Shown here: in pieces, positions 42,830 through 55,055 of the stretch
Layout of the letters: the number at the start of each line of letters is the position of its first letter
Position numbering within the stretch: position 1 is the stretch's first letter
Origin: Hyaloraphidium curvatum SAG 235-1
Taxonomy: Eukaryota; Fungi; Monoblepharomycota
Assembly: GCA_025558095.1 (NCBI GenBank)
Contig: JAIVFI010000012.1
Span: forward strand, 620,001-684,000
Direction of reading: 5' to 3'
DNA: 64,000 nucleotides
Notes under the pieces: model-generated
The model's database searches: none
What the model was told of the DNA's origin: nothing
The model's input: the letters and a program-made list of their open reading frames with translations, nothing else
Position numbers and translations under genes: made by a program

Positions 42830-44500
42830 CACGATCGATCACCTGTCCGACCAGCCCGATCGCCGTCCGTCCGTGTCGCCTCGTTCCTGAGGGAATCCGG
42901 CACCCGAGGACTCCTTCGACGCCATGCAACCAACGGTGCCGACGGGGAGAACGCGAAGTGCAAGGCATCCGCACCGTGCGCGGGTGCCAGAACTCGTGGT
43001 CCCCGTCGGCTCGATCGTGCCTCCTAACGGCTCGCGCGCCATCGGACCTCATGCACCGCCTATTGTAAGGATCGACTGCCGGGGAACACGACACCAAGCA
43101 AAGGACCGTCGGTCTCCTTGCGGCGCTTTCCCAGGTGGCGCATGCCCCGGCTGCCTTTTCCGAGCACCGCTTCTCTTCCTGCACGCTTCTGGTTCCCAGA
43201 CACGGCGGTCCACCACTGCAGGCATGCCGACGGCGCCTCCACCGTTCAAGAAACACCGGCCTTCCGCCTGTGTTCGTCCCGGGTCGGAGCCGTCGGCGCG
43301 TGCTGCCTCCTGATTCCGTGCCCGTCCTGTCGTGCTCAACATCCGCAGGCGACCGACCGCCGGCCGAACGAGCGACCAAGAAGCATCGGCAGCGACCGAT
43401 GATCGGCGGCGGCCGTCCCGCCGGCTGCCGTCCCTCGATGCACACCGGGCAGTCCCCGAAGCCCCGCGTCCGAGTCAGTGTCCGCGAGTCCATGGCGGAG
43501 CAGACAGAGCACACCGACTATGCGCAAGGAGGCGCGTCAGCATCAGCGTGGCCGGTGCCGTGCAGCCGCCGTGCCAGTCGGCTTGCTTGAGCTGGCTGGA
43601 GTCGGCGAGGCGCCCGGCGTCGGGGCGCGGCCTGCTCGCGCGGTTCCGTGGTGCGGCCGCCGGCGCGAGACACACTTTGGAGAACGTGACATAAGCAAAA
43701 CGCTGATGTCGCATCCGGAACGAAGCACGCGCCGGCCGCCGTGTGCGATCGAACACCTGTCCGCGGTGAGGTGCCCCGATCGTCCGTCCGCGTGGCCTTG
43801 TTCTGCGTGGATCCCTGACATCCATACGATTGTTCGACACCGAGCGCTACCCTGCCGACGGGGCGGATGGCAGCGATGCATGAGGCACGAGCGACGCCCG
43901 GGCCCGACCCCGCCGTCCCCGTCGGCTTGGATCGCGCGCCGTGTGCCGTCGGAACCCGATGGCTGCCACCACCGAATGGACGGCGTATGTATCGACTGCC
44001 GGCGAATGTGAACCTGAGAAAGGATCGCCGCTGTGCGGTGCTTTCCCGGTGCCGCACATGCCGGCTGCCGATCTTGCGTCGAGGGGTCCATCAGGCGGCT
44101 AATCCTCGGATCGAGCCGCGGCGACAGGAAATGCGAAATGTCGACGGGCCACTACCTTGGCGTTGACGAGCACCGGCTTCGCGCCGGCGCTCCTACCGGC
44201 CGCGGTCCCGTCGGCGGTGCCGCATCCGAGGTGGCGTGTCCGTCCGCCGCGCACGGGGTCCGTCGTTGACTTGCCGCCGGCCAGGAGCTGCCGGTGAGGT
44301 GGCATCGGCATCGGGATCTGCCAATACTCATCCGCGCGGATTCCTGCCCGGCTGCCCGTCCCCCGATGCGCGTCCCCCGTCGAGAAGCCCCAGGTCCGGC
44401 TGGCTGCCCCGCCCGTCCGGCGAACCCGCGGGGGCACGCCGACGACAACAACGACGAGGCCGGTGAGGCATCAGAGTACCGGATTTGGTGTCGGCTGCGG
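42830..44500. repeat. Hairpin array C: about 11 alternating two-tier hairpins (GCCGACGG/CCGTCGGC and GCCGG/CCGGCTGCC), period about 145/290 bp, with a ~915-bp higher-order duplication
   Basis: Type 1 at about 42938-43010, 43226-43297, 43514-43581, 43854-43926, 44140-44215, 44438-44495; type 2 at about 43078-43151, 43359-43425, 43659-43736, 43998-44065, 44276-44352. Confidence 0.8.
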
Positions 44501-44925
44501 GGCAGGGCGTCCCCACTGCCCCGGGGCGCGGGCCGGGATGGTGCGGGTGATGGGTGAGCTGGCGCGCGGTGGACGGAAGCCCGATCGGAAGTTTGCTGGC
44601 GGAAGAGGCCCAAGAAAACTCGGGACAGCGGTTTCCGAATCGATCCACGCCGTTGGAACCCCGTCTGTTTGGTGCGGCGTGGCGCTGGATGGGGTGCCTG
44701 GCCGAGGGCGGTGCCGGCGGCGGGGCGGCAGACAGGGGCCGACCCGTCCGGCAAACAACCTCAGGTCAATCAGATCGACTTCAACAGCAGTGTCCGAGCT
44801 CCTGCGATGATCGATGCTCCACCTTGCCGCGGCATGGGGCTGTTGGATGACGGGGACGTCACAATGACCAAGGGAGCACCTGCTGCGGCACCAGCCCAAC
44901 ACCCTCATCCCCCTCCAACCTCCCC

Positions 44926-47900
44926 ATGTCTGGCTACGGCGCGCCCTCCGCCGGCGGGGGCTACAGCGGCTACGGCGTTGTGGCGGGCGGGTCGGGCGGG
45001 CTGTCGGCGGCGGGCGCGTCGGGGTCGCTTGCGATGCCGGTTGTCGAGATGCCCGACGTGCCGCCCGAGGCGCTCGCCGCCGCGCGGGCGTCTCAGCAGG
45101 CGGCGCTGGGCGGCGGCTACGCGGCCGCGGAGAACGGCCTGCCGCGCGGGGCGTCGGGCGCGCTGGACGCCGGCGCCACGCAGCCGATGCCGACGCTCGC
45201 CGCCGCCGACGCGCCCGCCTCGGGCCGCGCCTCGCCGCCGAAGCCCACCGCGACCGCCGCAACGCAGACGCCGCACCCGAAGAAGCTGCCGCTGAACCCC
45301 GTGGCGCAGAAGCTGCTGGCCGACGGCTCGGGCGTCGACAGGCTGCGCGAGAAGCTGGTGCAGGCGCTGAGGGAGGAGAACGGCACGGATGTCGAGTTCC
45401 TCGTCGGCCAGCAGCAGGACAAGGTGCGCTGCAGTGGTGCTGCACGGATTTTGGGGGCCTGCTGGGGCCGCTTGGGGCCCGATCGGCCGGGGAACGGGCC
45501 TCGAAAGTGGTCTCCCCGCCATCTCGCCGCCCTTTCCGCCTCCATGCCTTCGGTCCTCTAACTCCTCCCCTCCCCCGCCAGGTCAAAGCGCACTCGCTCA
45601 TCCTGCGCCTCCTGTCGCCCACCATCTCGGCCATGCTCCCCCCCAAGCCCACTGTCTCGGCCACCGTCCCCCTCCCCGCGCTCTCGGCCCCCTCGGTCCG
45701 CTCCTACCTCTCCCACCTCTACTCCTCCGACCCCGCCGATCTCCTCGACGACCTCGACGGCGGCTGGGAGCCCGTCGCGGACCGCCTGGCGGCCATCACC
45801 GAGCTCGGCGGCGCCTCGGCGGAAGGCGTGCGCGCGCTCAAGGCCGAGCTCGAGACCCGCCTCCGCGACGTGCTCGAAGCCACCATCGGCCACCCCGACG
45901 ACCCCACCGGCCTGCCTACGATCGAAGAGGCCGACGACGAGGACGACGACGACGCCGCGGCCCCCCCCTCGGCCGGCGCCGCGCCCCCCTCCGAGTTCTC
46001 CCGCGCCCTGGCCAAGCTCCGCGCCCAGGGCATGGACGAGGAAGCCCGCACCATCGCGCTCCCGATCCTCGCCTCCGCATTGGCCGGCCGCCCGCCGCTG
46101 ACCGCCCCGCAGCTCGCCCGCGCGGCGGCGGGGCTGGACTTTGCCACGGCCCGGGACTGCGCCGCGCAGACCGAGTGGCCGGGGGGCGAGGTGCAGAAGT
46201 TCCTGTGGGTCAAGGGGTGGGTCGAGGCCAACGGCGTGGCCAAGAAGGGGGCAGAGTGCAGGGAGATGGGGGGCGGGATCAGGCTCGAGAGGATATCGCT
46301 GGACGACCTCGAGACCGTCGTCGAGGTGGGTTGCCGCAAACGGCCGCACCGCGTAGTTGTTGCTGACCCGGCGCGCGGCGGCAGCCCTCGGGGATCATCC
46401 CGCTCCGCCAGATCGTCAGGCAGTACACGGTCATGGCCCGCCGCCTGCGCACCTCGTCGGCCGTGCCGGTGCCCAAGTCGGCCCAGATCGCGCAGCAGCA
46501 GGCCCAGGCCGCCGCGGCGCAGCAGGCCCAGGCCGCCCAGATCGCGCAGCAGCAGGCCGCCGCCGCGCAGGCGCAGGCCGAGGCCGCCCGCCGCGAGGCG
46601 GAGCGCGCGCTCAGGGAAAAGGAGGAGGAGCAGGCAAGGGCGCAGAGGCAGCTCGCGGAGCTGCAGGCGCAGAAGGAGGCGCTGGAGAGGAGGGAGAGGG
46701 AGCTCGAGGCGGGGAGGCAGGCGTCGGCGAGCGCGGCGAGCCTGCCGACCGTGAGCCAGATCGGCACGCCCGCGCCCGCGCAGCAGGGGTACGCGGCGGC
46801 GGCGACGGCGGCCGCCCAGGCGCCGGCGCCTGTGCCTGTGACGGCGCCCCTGCCGACCGTGAGGCCGCAGCTCCCCCCGGCGCCGATGCCCCCGCCGCCG
46901 ATGCCCCTGTCGGCGCCGCCCCCGGCACAGGAAGCGCAGATGCTGGCTCCCCCGAGGCAGCTCGCCCCCGCGGTCGTCGCGGGCGCCGCGGTGGCCGCCG
47001 CCGCCGCGCAGCCTCCGCCCCAGCAGGCCTACGCGGCGCCGGCCCCGGTTCCGCAGCAGCAGGCCTACGCCGCGCCCGCGGCCGCGCCTGTTCCCGCGCC
47101 TGTGCCCCAGCAGCAGATCCAAGCCACCCCCCGCGCCGCGCCCCCGGCCCAGAACGTCGGCCTCGGCATCACCCCCGCCCCCGCCCCCGCCGCCCCCGCG
47201 GTCAACGGCCCGACCGTCGGCGCCGCCTCCGCCCCGCCCTCCCCGGGCACCGCGGCGGGCCAGCAGGGCGCCGGGTTCGACAGCTGGGTCGCGATCCCCG
47301 ACGACATCAGCGTGCAGCAGGACGTGATCCTGTTCCGCAACCCCGAGACGCCGAGCACGTGCAGGATGAAGAACCCGCTGACGAGCGGAAAGTGGAGATG
47401 GGTGCTGCTGGTGGAGAAGATCGCGTACGTTCCGGCGCCCCGCGCCGCCCCGGGACGGAAGCTCACCCACGCGATCGCGCAGCTCCATCGCGCCGAACCA
47501 GTCCACCCCGCCCATGTCCCGGCAGCCCCCCAACGTCCCCTCGACCCTCTTCTTCCCCGACATCGGCCTCGTCATCGGCGACGCGGACCGGTTCGACCCC
47601 TCGCAGCCGCTGCGCACGCAGCTCTCGACCGTGTCGTGGGACGGCCGCGAGGTGGTCAACGTCAACGCCAAGCCGATCCCGTACAACAGGGCAAAGGGCG
47701 GGAACTTCAGGGAGGGGGACATCGTGGTGCTGGACCTCAACCTGGACGGGCCGCAGACGAGCCTGGGGTTCAGGAAGAACGGCGTGGACTGCGGGTGGGT
47801 TCCCGGCGAGCGCCTGCTTGGAGGACGACGGGCGGCTGATCTTTCTTGCTCAGGACGGCGGTCCGCGGGTTCCCGGCAAAGGTATACCTCGCCATGTGCG

Positions 47901-47947
47901 CCAAGGCGCCGGTGCAGATCAGGTGGCTGGCGCTCGCGCAGATGTGA
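44926..47947 (+). CDS. BTB/POZ protein with BACK-like region, coiled coil, Pro/Ala/Gln-rich linker and SPRY-like C-terminus; multi-exon
   Basis: TDVEFLVG..|[19 protein letters not shown] (BTB); [18 protein letters not shown]; [26 protein letters not shown]...LGFRKNG (SPRY-like); stop TGA 47945-47947. Confidence 0.7.
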
Positions 47948-48141
47948 GGACCGCGGGGTGGTGAAGGGAAGGGAAGGGCGTTTCAAGTTTTCTTTGACTT
48001 TGGCGACTAGCGCGCAGTTTTTGAAAGGCTTTATAGGGGGCCAAACGGCCGTAATCATTGCCAAACTAGATACATTATCGCACGTCATCCGGTTCCTCGA
48101 TTCAAGACAGAGATGTCGATTCCAGTTTCGGTTGCTGCGGC

Positions 48142-49633
48142 TCAGAAGCACTTGCGGTGCACGATCCGTGGCCCGTTCTCGTCGTACTCCTCCCTCGAGA
48201 TCGCCATCTGCGAGAAGGACGGCAGCTCCGCCAGCACCGAACCCCCGATCCACACCGAGTACTTGCGCTCCGGCGGGGCGGACACCTTGACGGCCGTCCG
48301 GATGGCGGGGGGGACGAGCGCGGTGAGCTCGCGGAGGAGGCGGTCGGCGACGCCGGGGAACACTGGGAGGGGATGAAGGTAAGCTCGGAAGAGGGCGCCG
48401 GCAGATGAGGTTGGGCCCACTGGTGGTGCCGCCCGAGAGGACGACGTTGCCGTACAGGCTCCGCCGGATGTCGAGGTCGCAGCGGTTGATCGAGTCAAAG
48501 GCAAAGTGGTGGATGCCGGCCTGTTCCATGCCGATCAAGGACGGCTTGAAAAGGACCTTTTGGAGGGAGTTGTCAGGGGGGCGGATCACCTTGTGGCTAA
48601 CCAAGCTCACCTCTGGACACCGGAACCGCTCGCTGCCAATCGTGATCACCTGTCCGTCGGGCAGGGTATAGGAGTGCTCGACCTCCGATGTCGACGTCGC
48701 CTTTTCCGTCTCTGCCTCGAAATCTGCCGCCCAACAAGTCGATCAGCCGACTTGAACGCGCCCAAGCACTGTCGCCAATGATCCTCACCGACGGCGACGT
48801 AAGCCAGGTGCTCCTTGATGTCCCTGACGATCTCCCGCTCCGCCGACGTCCCGAAGGCGTACCCGCGCTCGGTCAGGATCTTGGCCAGGTAATCCGTCAG
48901 GTCCCGGCCCGCGAGGTTGAGCCTCATGACCGCGTGCGGTATCGCGTAGCCCTCGTAGATGGGAACGGCGTGCGTGACGCCGTCGCCACTGTCCAGGACT
49001 AGGCCGGTCGTGCGGCCCGAGGCATAGAGGGAAAGGACGGCCTGGATGGCCACGTACATCGCTGGAACCCCGAAACATCAGCAAAAGTTGTGAAAACGTG
49101 ACTCGAAGAGCTGCACCTGGCACTTGGAACCTGTCAAACATGATCTCGGTCATCCGCTCCCGGTTGGCCTTCGGGTTCATCGGCGCCTCGGTTATCAACA
49201 CAGGGTGCTCCTCGGGGTGAATTCGCAGCTCGTTGTAGAAGGTGTGGTGCCTTCGAACGCAGGTCGAGGGGATCAGGGAGGGCCTGACCCGCGCACGCCG
49301 TCCGAGCCCACCAAAGCTTCTCCATGTCGTCCCAGTCGGTTACGATGCCGTGCTCCAGCGGATATTTGAGGGTCAGCACCCCGCGTTTGGCCTGCGCCTC
49401 GTCCCCGACGTAGGCGTCCTTCTCCCCAGCGCCGACCTTCCCTAGCGTCAGTTACGCGCCGCATCGCGGCCCACAAAGTGGCCCACCATCATTGCTTTGT
49501 GCTTCGGCCGCCCGACGACGGCGGCAAAGACGGCCCGCGGGGCGTCATCCCCGGCAAAACCGGCCTTGACGTTACCAGAGCCGTTGTCGATTACCACCGC
49601 CCCGCCGCCCCCGTCCGACCCCGCGAGCGCCAT
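48142..49633 (-). CDS. act: Actin (divergent isoform); about 7 exons
   Basis: [95 protein letters not shown]. Confidence 0.93.
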
Positions 49634-49925
49634 CTTCGGAGACAGGAGCCTCGGATCAGCGCGATTCCGAGTCGGCAAGGCCGGCGAGGAGTGGGGAGTG
49701 GGAAGTGGGCCAAAGAAGGAGCGAAAGTGGAAGGGACGCGGGCAGGGGACTCCTCAGAAGGCGCCGAAGACCCTTCCAACTCCCCGGACCAATCGCGAGC
49801 GAATCTCCAAGTGCAAAAGTTCTAATCCACTCGTCAGGCCTTCCTACATCTAATTTAGACCCAAAGCTGTTTGTTACCAGAGACTCAGGTTCAGTTCCAA
49901 TCGCCGCCGCGGGGCGTCCGCGCGT

Positions 49926-51648
49926 TCAGTGCAGGGTCTGGTGGAGGGGGTTCTTGGAGGGGTCGACCATGCCCTCGGGGATGGTCTCGTTGAGGGCCGA
50001 GGTCTTGAGGACTTCCTTGGCCTTGGAGGCCGGGTCGGGGTCGAAGTAGCCGTGCTCCCTGGAGAGAAAGGCAACGTCAGCAACGAAGACAAGGAGCGCG
50101 CGGCGGTGAACCCACATGTCGCCCATCTGGGCGTGGTCCGAGCCGGTGACCTCGGCGTCCGACTCGAGGCGGACCTTGCAGCCGGGGATCTTGTCGATGA
50201 CGAAGAGGATGAGGTACGAGACGATGAAGGACCAGGGGCCGATGGTGACGACGCCGACGAGCTGCTTGAAGGGCTGCACCCAGTTGCCGTCCATCCAGCC
50301 GCCGTCGATGGTGTAGCCGCCGAGCTCGGTGACCGACTTGGTGGCGAAGATGCCGGTGAGGAAGGCGCCGACCACACCGCCGATGCCGTGGAGGCCGAAC
50401 GTGTCGAGGGCGTCGTCGATGAAGATGCGGGGGCGGGCGAAGTGGGTCCAGCAGTAGCAGGCGATGGCGGTCAGGGCGCCGATGGCCATGGCGGGGGCGG
50501 GCCAGACGAAGCCGCATGCGGGGGTGATGCCGACGAGACCGCCTGCATGGCAAGGTGAGCGAAGAAGGTAGAATGAAAGGAGGAGGACGCACCGATGACG
50601 CCGTTGACGATGAACTCGCCGGTGACCTTCTTGTGGTGGATGTAGCCGATCAGGCAGTAAGTGATGCAGCCGGCGCAGGCGGCGAAGTGGGTGACGACGG
50701 CGGCGTTGAGGGCCTGGAAGTTGAAGGCGAGGGTGGAGCCGCCGTTGAAGAAGAACCAGCCGAACCAGATGAGGCCGGTGCCGAAGAGCACGTCCTTCAT
50801 CGAGGCGGGGTAGACGTTCTTGTTCTGGCGCGGGCCGAGGAAGAGGCCGAGGGCGAGACCAGCGGCTCCGGAGGCGACGTGCACGGCAGTGCCACTGAGG
50901 TGGAGGGGAGGAGGTCAGGTCATGGGCAAGCACCGGCGCCTCGAAGGCAACTCACCCAGCGAAGTCGAGTTCTCCGAACTTCTTGAGCCAGCCGTTGTAG
51001 CCCCACATCCAGGCGATGAAGAAGTCGTAGCAGAAGGTGGACCAGAGCAGGCAGAAGAGGGTGAGGGGCCAGATCTTGATGCGCTCGGCACCGCCGCCGA
51101 TGATGATGATGGGCGTGATGGCGGCAAACATGCACTGGAAGAGCGCAAAGATGCTCGAGGGGATAGCGGGGGCGACGTTCATCGGTACGACGCCGACGTT
51201 GAGGAAGACGGCGTTCTCTGGAGGGGGATCACGGGTCAGATGGGCGAGCAGCGAAACGGCAGCGGCAGAAAGCACCAAAGTTGCCGATGAAGGCGCTGCC
51301 GGTGTTGGAGTAGGTGAGCGAGAAGCCGAACAGGAAGTACTGGATCGAGACGACGGCGGTGACGGTGTAGCAGATGGCCATCATGGTGAGGACGGAGCGG
51401 CGACCACCCCAGCCGCCGTAGAGCATGCCGAGACCTCTGCGGGAGGGGGGGAGGATCAGCGCCGTTGCCCGAGGCCTCCCAGCGCAAACCACATACCCGG
51501 GGATCAGGAGCAGGCACACGGCCGTGCCGACGAATATGAACAGCGAATCGACCATCGGCATGCACATCGGGTTGTCCTCCGGCGCAGCACCGGGCGGGGT
51601 GTAGGAGAGGGTGCCGATGGGGCACGAGAACGGCAGCGGCTCGGCCAT
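49926..51648 (-). CDS. amt: Ammonium transporter (Amt/Mep); multi-exon
   Basis: FQCMFAAITP..GGGAER, DFAG, VHVASG, WFGWFFFNGGS, GLVGITPACG, IDDALDTFGLHGIGG (twin His). Confidence 0.93.
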
Positions 51649-52983
51649 GGCGGGTGGCGGGCGGCGGGCGGCGGGGTGCGGTGAGTGATGAGAGGAGTGT
51701 GGGCGGCCCGGAGTTGCGATTCCCGGTCTTTATGAAGCGGCCGCGGCGTTGCGTCGTTCGGGTTCCCGCGGGCGCCCTTGCGGTTCCTTGCGCCCGACGT
51801 CGCGATCGGCTTGATCCCGCGCGTCTCCGTGGACATTGAGCCACGCCATTGCAGATGCCGCTGGTTTTCCAGTTGGAAAGCGCGTGCGCGTGGGCGTTGG
51901 CCCGCCCCCTCGCGGGCCGCCGGCCGACGGACATCCCCGCGGCGGCACCAGCCCTCTCGCCGCGCCACCGACACCCGCCACAAAGATAACGGCTGCCGTG
52001 TGCCGTTGCGGTCGGGGCAGCTGCGGGCCGATCTGAGAGCGCGTGACGCGCACCGGGCAGTCGCGTGCGCGCCGCGGTGGGGTCGCGTCCTGCGCGTCGC
52101 CGAGCCGAGGCTGCCTCCGCGCGCCCTCTGCAAACATAGGACCCTATGTCTCCCGCGGATTCCATAGATTTGTCGACGCATATCCACCGCCACTGATTCC
52201 TCGGCGTTCCACCATCGCTCCGTCGGCTAGCTCCAACGCTGGCTTCAAGCAGTCTGATCCAGTTTAGCCGCCAACCCCTCTTGCCCCTCCTTCAGCTATC
52301 CCTGCCCCTGCGCACGCCAACATCCTCCCCGTCCGAATCACGTGCGGCCGCCTTCGACCTTCTGATCACGTGCATGGCGACGTCTACCGGGATTCGCGAG
52401 CTTTCCGATCCTTCCGCGGCGATTTCCAAGCCTCTGAAGGTTCAGTGCACGCGGCCGGCAACGGGGGCCGGACGCCTTCCTCCTTGATCAGGGATCATGG
52501 GACGCGACTCATCCGGACATAAAGACTGTGGAACCTGATCCTGGACGGCATGGAGCTGCTCACGATGATACGGAAAGCATAGGAATGGTATCCCCGCGAC
52601 AAGGCATCGGATCACCCCCCAAGTGTCGGCGGAGCACAGATGGGGGCAATGATCTGGGTCTTTTCCGCTCAGAATGGCCGTCGCCTTACCGTTTCATTGA
52701 TTCTTGGTACATTTGGCCGAAGTCTGGAGGTTCCAGGAGCGCTGTTTTTCGCGACCAACACGCACTGATCTTCATTTCTTCCAAAGATCTCTCCGCTTAC
52801 CCGCCTCGAAGTTCGTTGCTCGCTTAGCTCGCACTCCAATCTGCTTGCTAGACCCGCTCACCGACGTCCGGATCGCCTTCCGCGGGCTGAAGCGGGACAG
52901 CCGAGGTCGTGCCAGACGGTGGAGGGAAACTGTTCAAGACCATCTACCCATCAGCAACGTACAAGAACATGAGATGCAGACCA

Positions 52984-54550
52984 CTAGACGGCAGCGGGAA
53001 GGTCCTGGACGTCGATCCCCGTACCGTTCTGCCTGAGCGCCTCGACCAGCACCCCGCCGAAGGCTGTTGCCGGGGTCAGCAGGCCACCCCGCCTGCCGTT
53101 GAAGTCCTCTGGCCGCGCGAAGAGGGGCAGCCGCGATCGCCGCGCTGGAAGGGCGAGAGAGAGGGCGGCTTCCGCGACGTACTTGTTTGTCTCCCCTGTC
53201 GTCACCGCGCGATCAGTTCCGTCTTCAGCACCGCTCATGGCAGCTTACCGGAGTAGAAGGGGTCCGATGGACCATCGAAGTCAACGCGGCACTTCTTCAC
53301 CGTCCCGTCGGGCAAGGGCTCGGAGACGCCGAGGGCAGTGATGTGGAAGCGAGACTTTGCGCGCTCCTCTTCCGATGGACCCTGGCCGGCTGGCGTGAAG
53401 ACGCTGGATGACAGCATTGACATCAGCGAGAGAGCTTGGCTTCCGGCGCGAAAGCACCCACTACTTGCGGAGGAGATTGCGGATGAAGCTGGTGCCGATC
53501 ATGATGCCCGTGATGGCCAGACCGATCGTGGTCCGCACGACGCCAAAGATGCTCGTGACACCGGCTGCTTCTTCGTAGAGGAAGTCCCCAAATGCCTTGG
53601 TAAGGTAGACCGAACGGCGGACCGGCGGCGAGTTGCCTCCGGCCGTGAGGGAAGGCGCCTTGTAAAAGCCGAGTTCCGCGATCCATCCGAAAGGTGCGGG
53701 GACGGCATGGCGGACAAAAGACTTGTCCACCGCGCCCCCAGCCGAAACGTTGAGCGCGTACGGGTCCTGGATAGTCTTGAGCACCTCCGGCGGCTGGTCG
53801 AGCAGCTCGCAGGCCGAAAGCAGCGTCCCGCCGGAAGGCGTGGCGATGAGCTCGGTGAACAGGGCCGTAACCTTGGCGGTCTTGGCGTTGTGCTTGGTTC
53901 GGAAGTGGTCCGCGACGGCAAAGGCAGTCAGGTCCGAAGGGACGCAGTCGAAGCCGCACATCGGCACGATGATGACGCCGTTCTGGTCCGCGAGCGAGTC
54001 GTACTTCTCGATCAGCGAGCGGACCCAGTTTGTCTCTCCCGTTATATCGCAATAGTCCTTTTAGACGAGGAGAGATCGAAGGGTCGTGAAACACAGAGGT
54101 CAGAGGGTCGGCGAGGTGTTCTGTCGTTCGGAGAAGCAACTCACGGTTCCGAGCCGAACACACGCGTCTACGACGGGAGTTCCAAGACGCTAGGCAGTGA
54201 GAGGCGGACATGAGAGACGCACGCGATGGCAAAGACGGGCGACGTACAGTGAATGGGCCGGCACAGCTGGCGACCACCTTCGCCCTGCCGACGGCGGCAT
54301 CGACGCTCTCCTGGCTCGACGAGTCGGCAACGACCGCCTCAACGACGAGATCGTATCCGTGCTTCTCCTTGGCGTCCTTCTCGAGCCGCTTCTTGAGCTC
54401 GCTCAGCTTGTCGGCCGAGCGACCCGCGATGCCCCATTTGAAGCCTTCCGGCTGCTTCCTGGCCGCGAGGTAGTCGCAAACGAAGCCTCCGGTGAATCCC
54501 GTCGCGCCCCAGACGAGCACGTCGATGTTCTTCTCGGGCTTGGCGGCCAT
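52984..54550 (-). CDS. Saccharopine dehydrogenase-like oxidoreductase (SCCPDH type); about 5 exons
   Basis: VLVWGATGFTG, WGIAGRS, CAGPF, DYCDITGE, MCGFDCVPSDL, SGGT, GQGPSEEER, GGLLTPATAFG. Confidence 0.88.
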
Positions 54551-55055
54551 CGTTCGCTCGTGGTGCGCGAGGATTCGCAGTTTGGTCGGGATGAATGGTT
54601 GAGCCGCCGGTCCCGGGGATCGCCGTGTCTTCAACCCGCTGGCACCCCTAAAGCTCGGCCCTCATTAAGGCAGAAACCTGACGAGCCATCTCTCCACACT
54701 TGTAGCTATGCTGAACCGAGTGGATACCTAGATTGTTCAGAGTCATCGAGTCCAAATGAAGGAGACCGAATCTGACCGTGGAAGACCGAGATCGGTTCAC
54801 ATTGGATGAAAGGAGGGCCCGATGAGTGACATTATAACAGTGATTTTCGGCGTTTCGGCGTGAGAAAGGGATACAGCGCCGTCCCGCCGCCGACGACTCG
54901 TTCAGTCACGCCGCGGGTTGCATGACGGAGCGAGTCCAAGTCGACACTTGATCCCCCTTTCACCGACCGCGAGCTGGGACCTGGCCATCGTCCGGCCGCG
55001 ACACGCTTTTGTTCCCGTGCCGTTTCCCGACGGCGCTTGGGCGCGGGGAGCCGCG

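Noticed and set aside
45719-48649. 976-aa minus-strand ORF that begins with actin sequence
   Set aside because: Unspliced read-through of actin exons into the antisense shadow of the BTB gene
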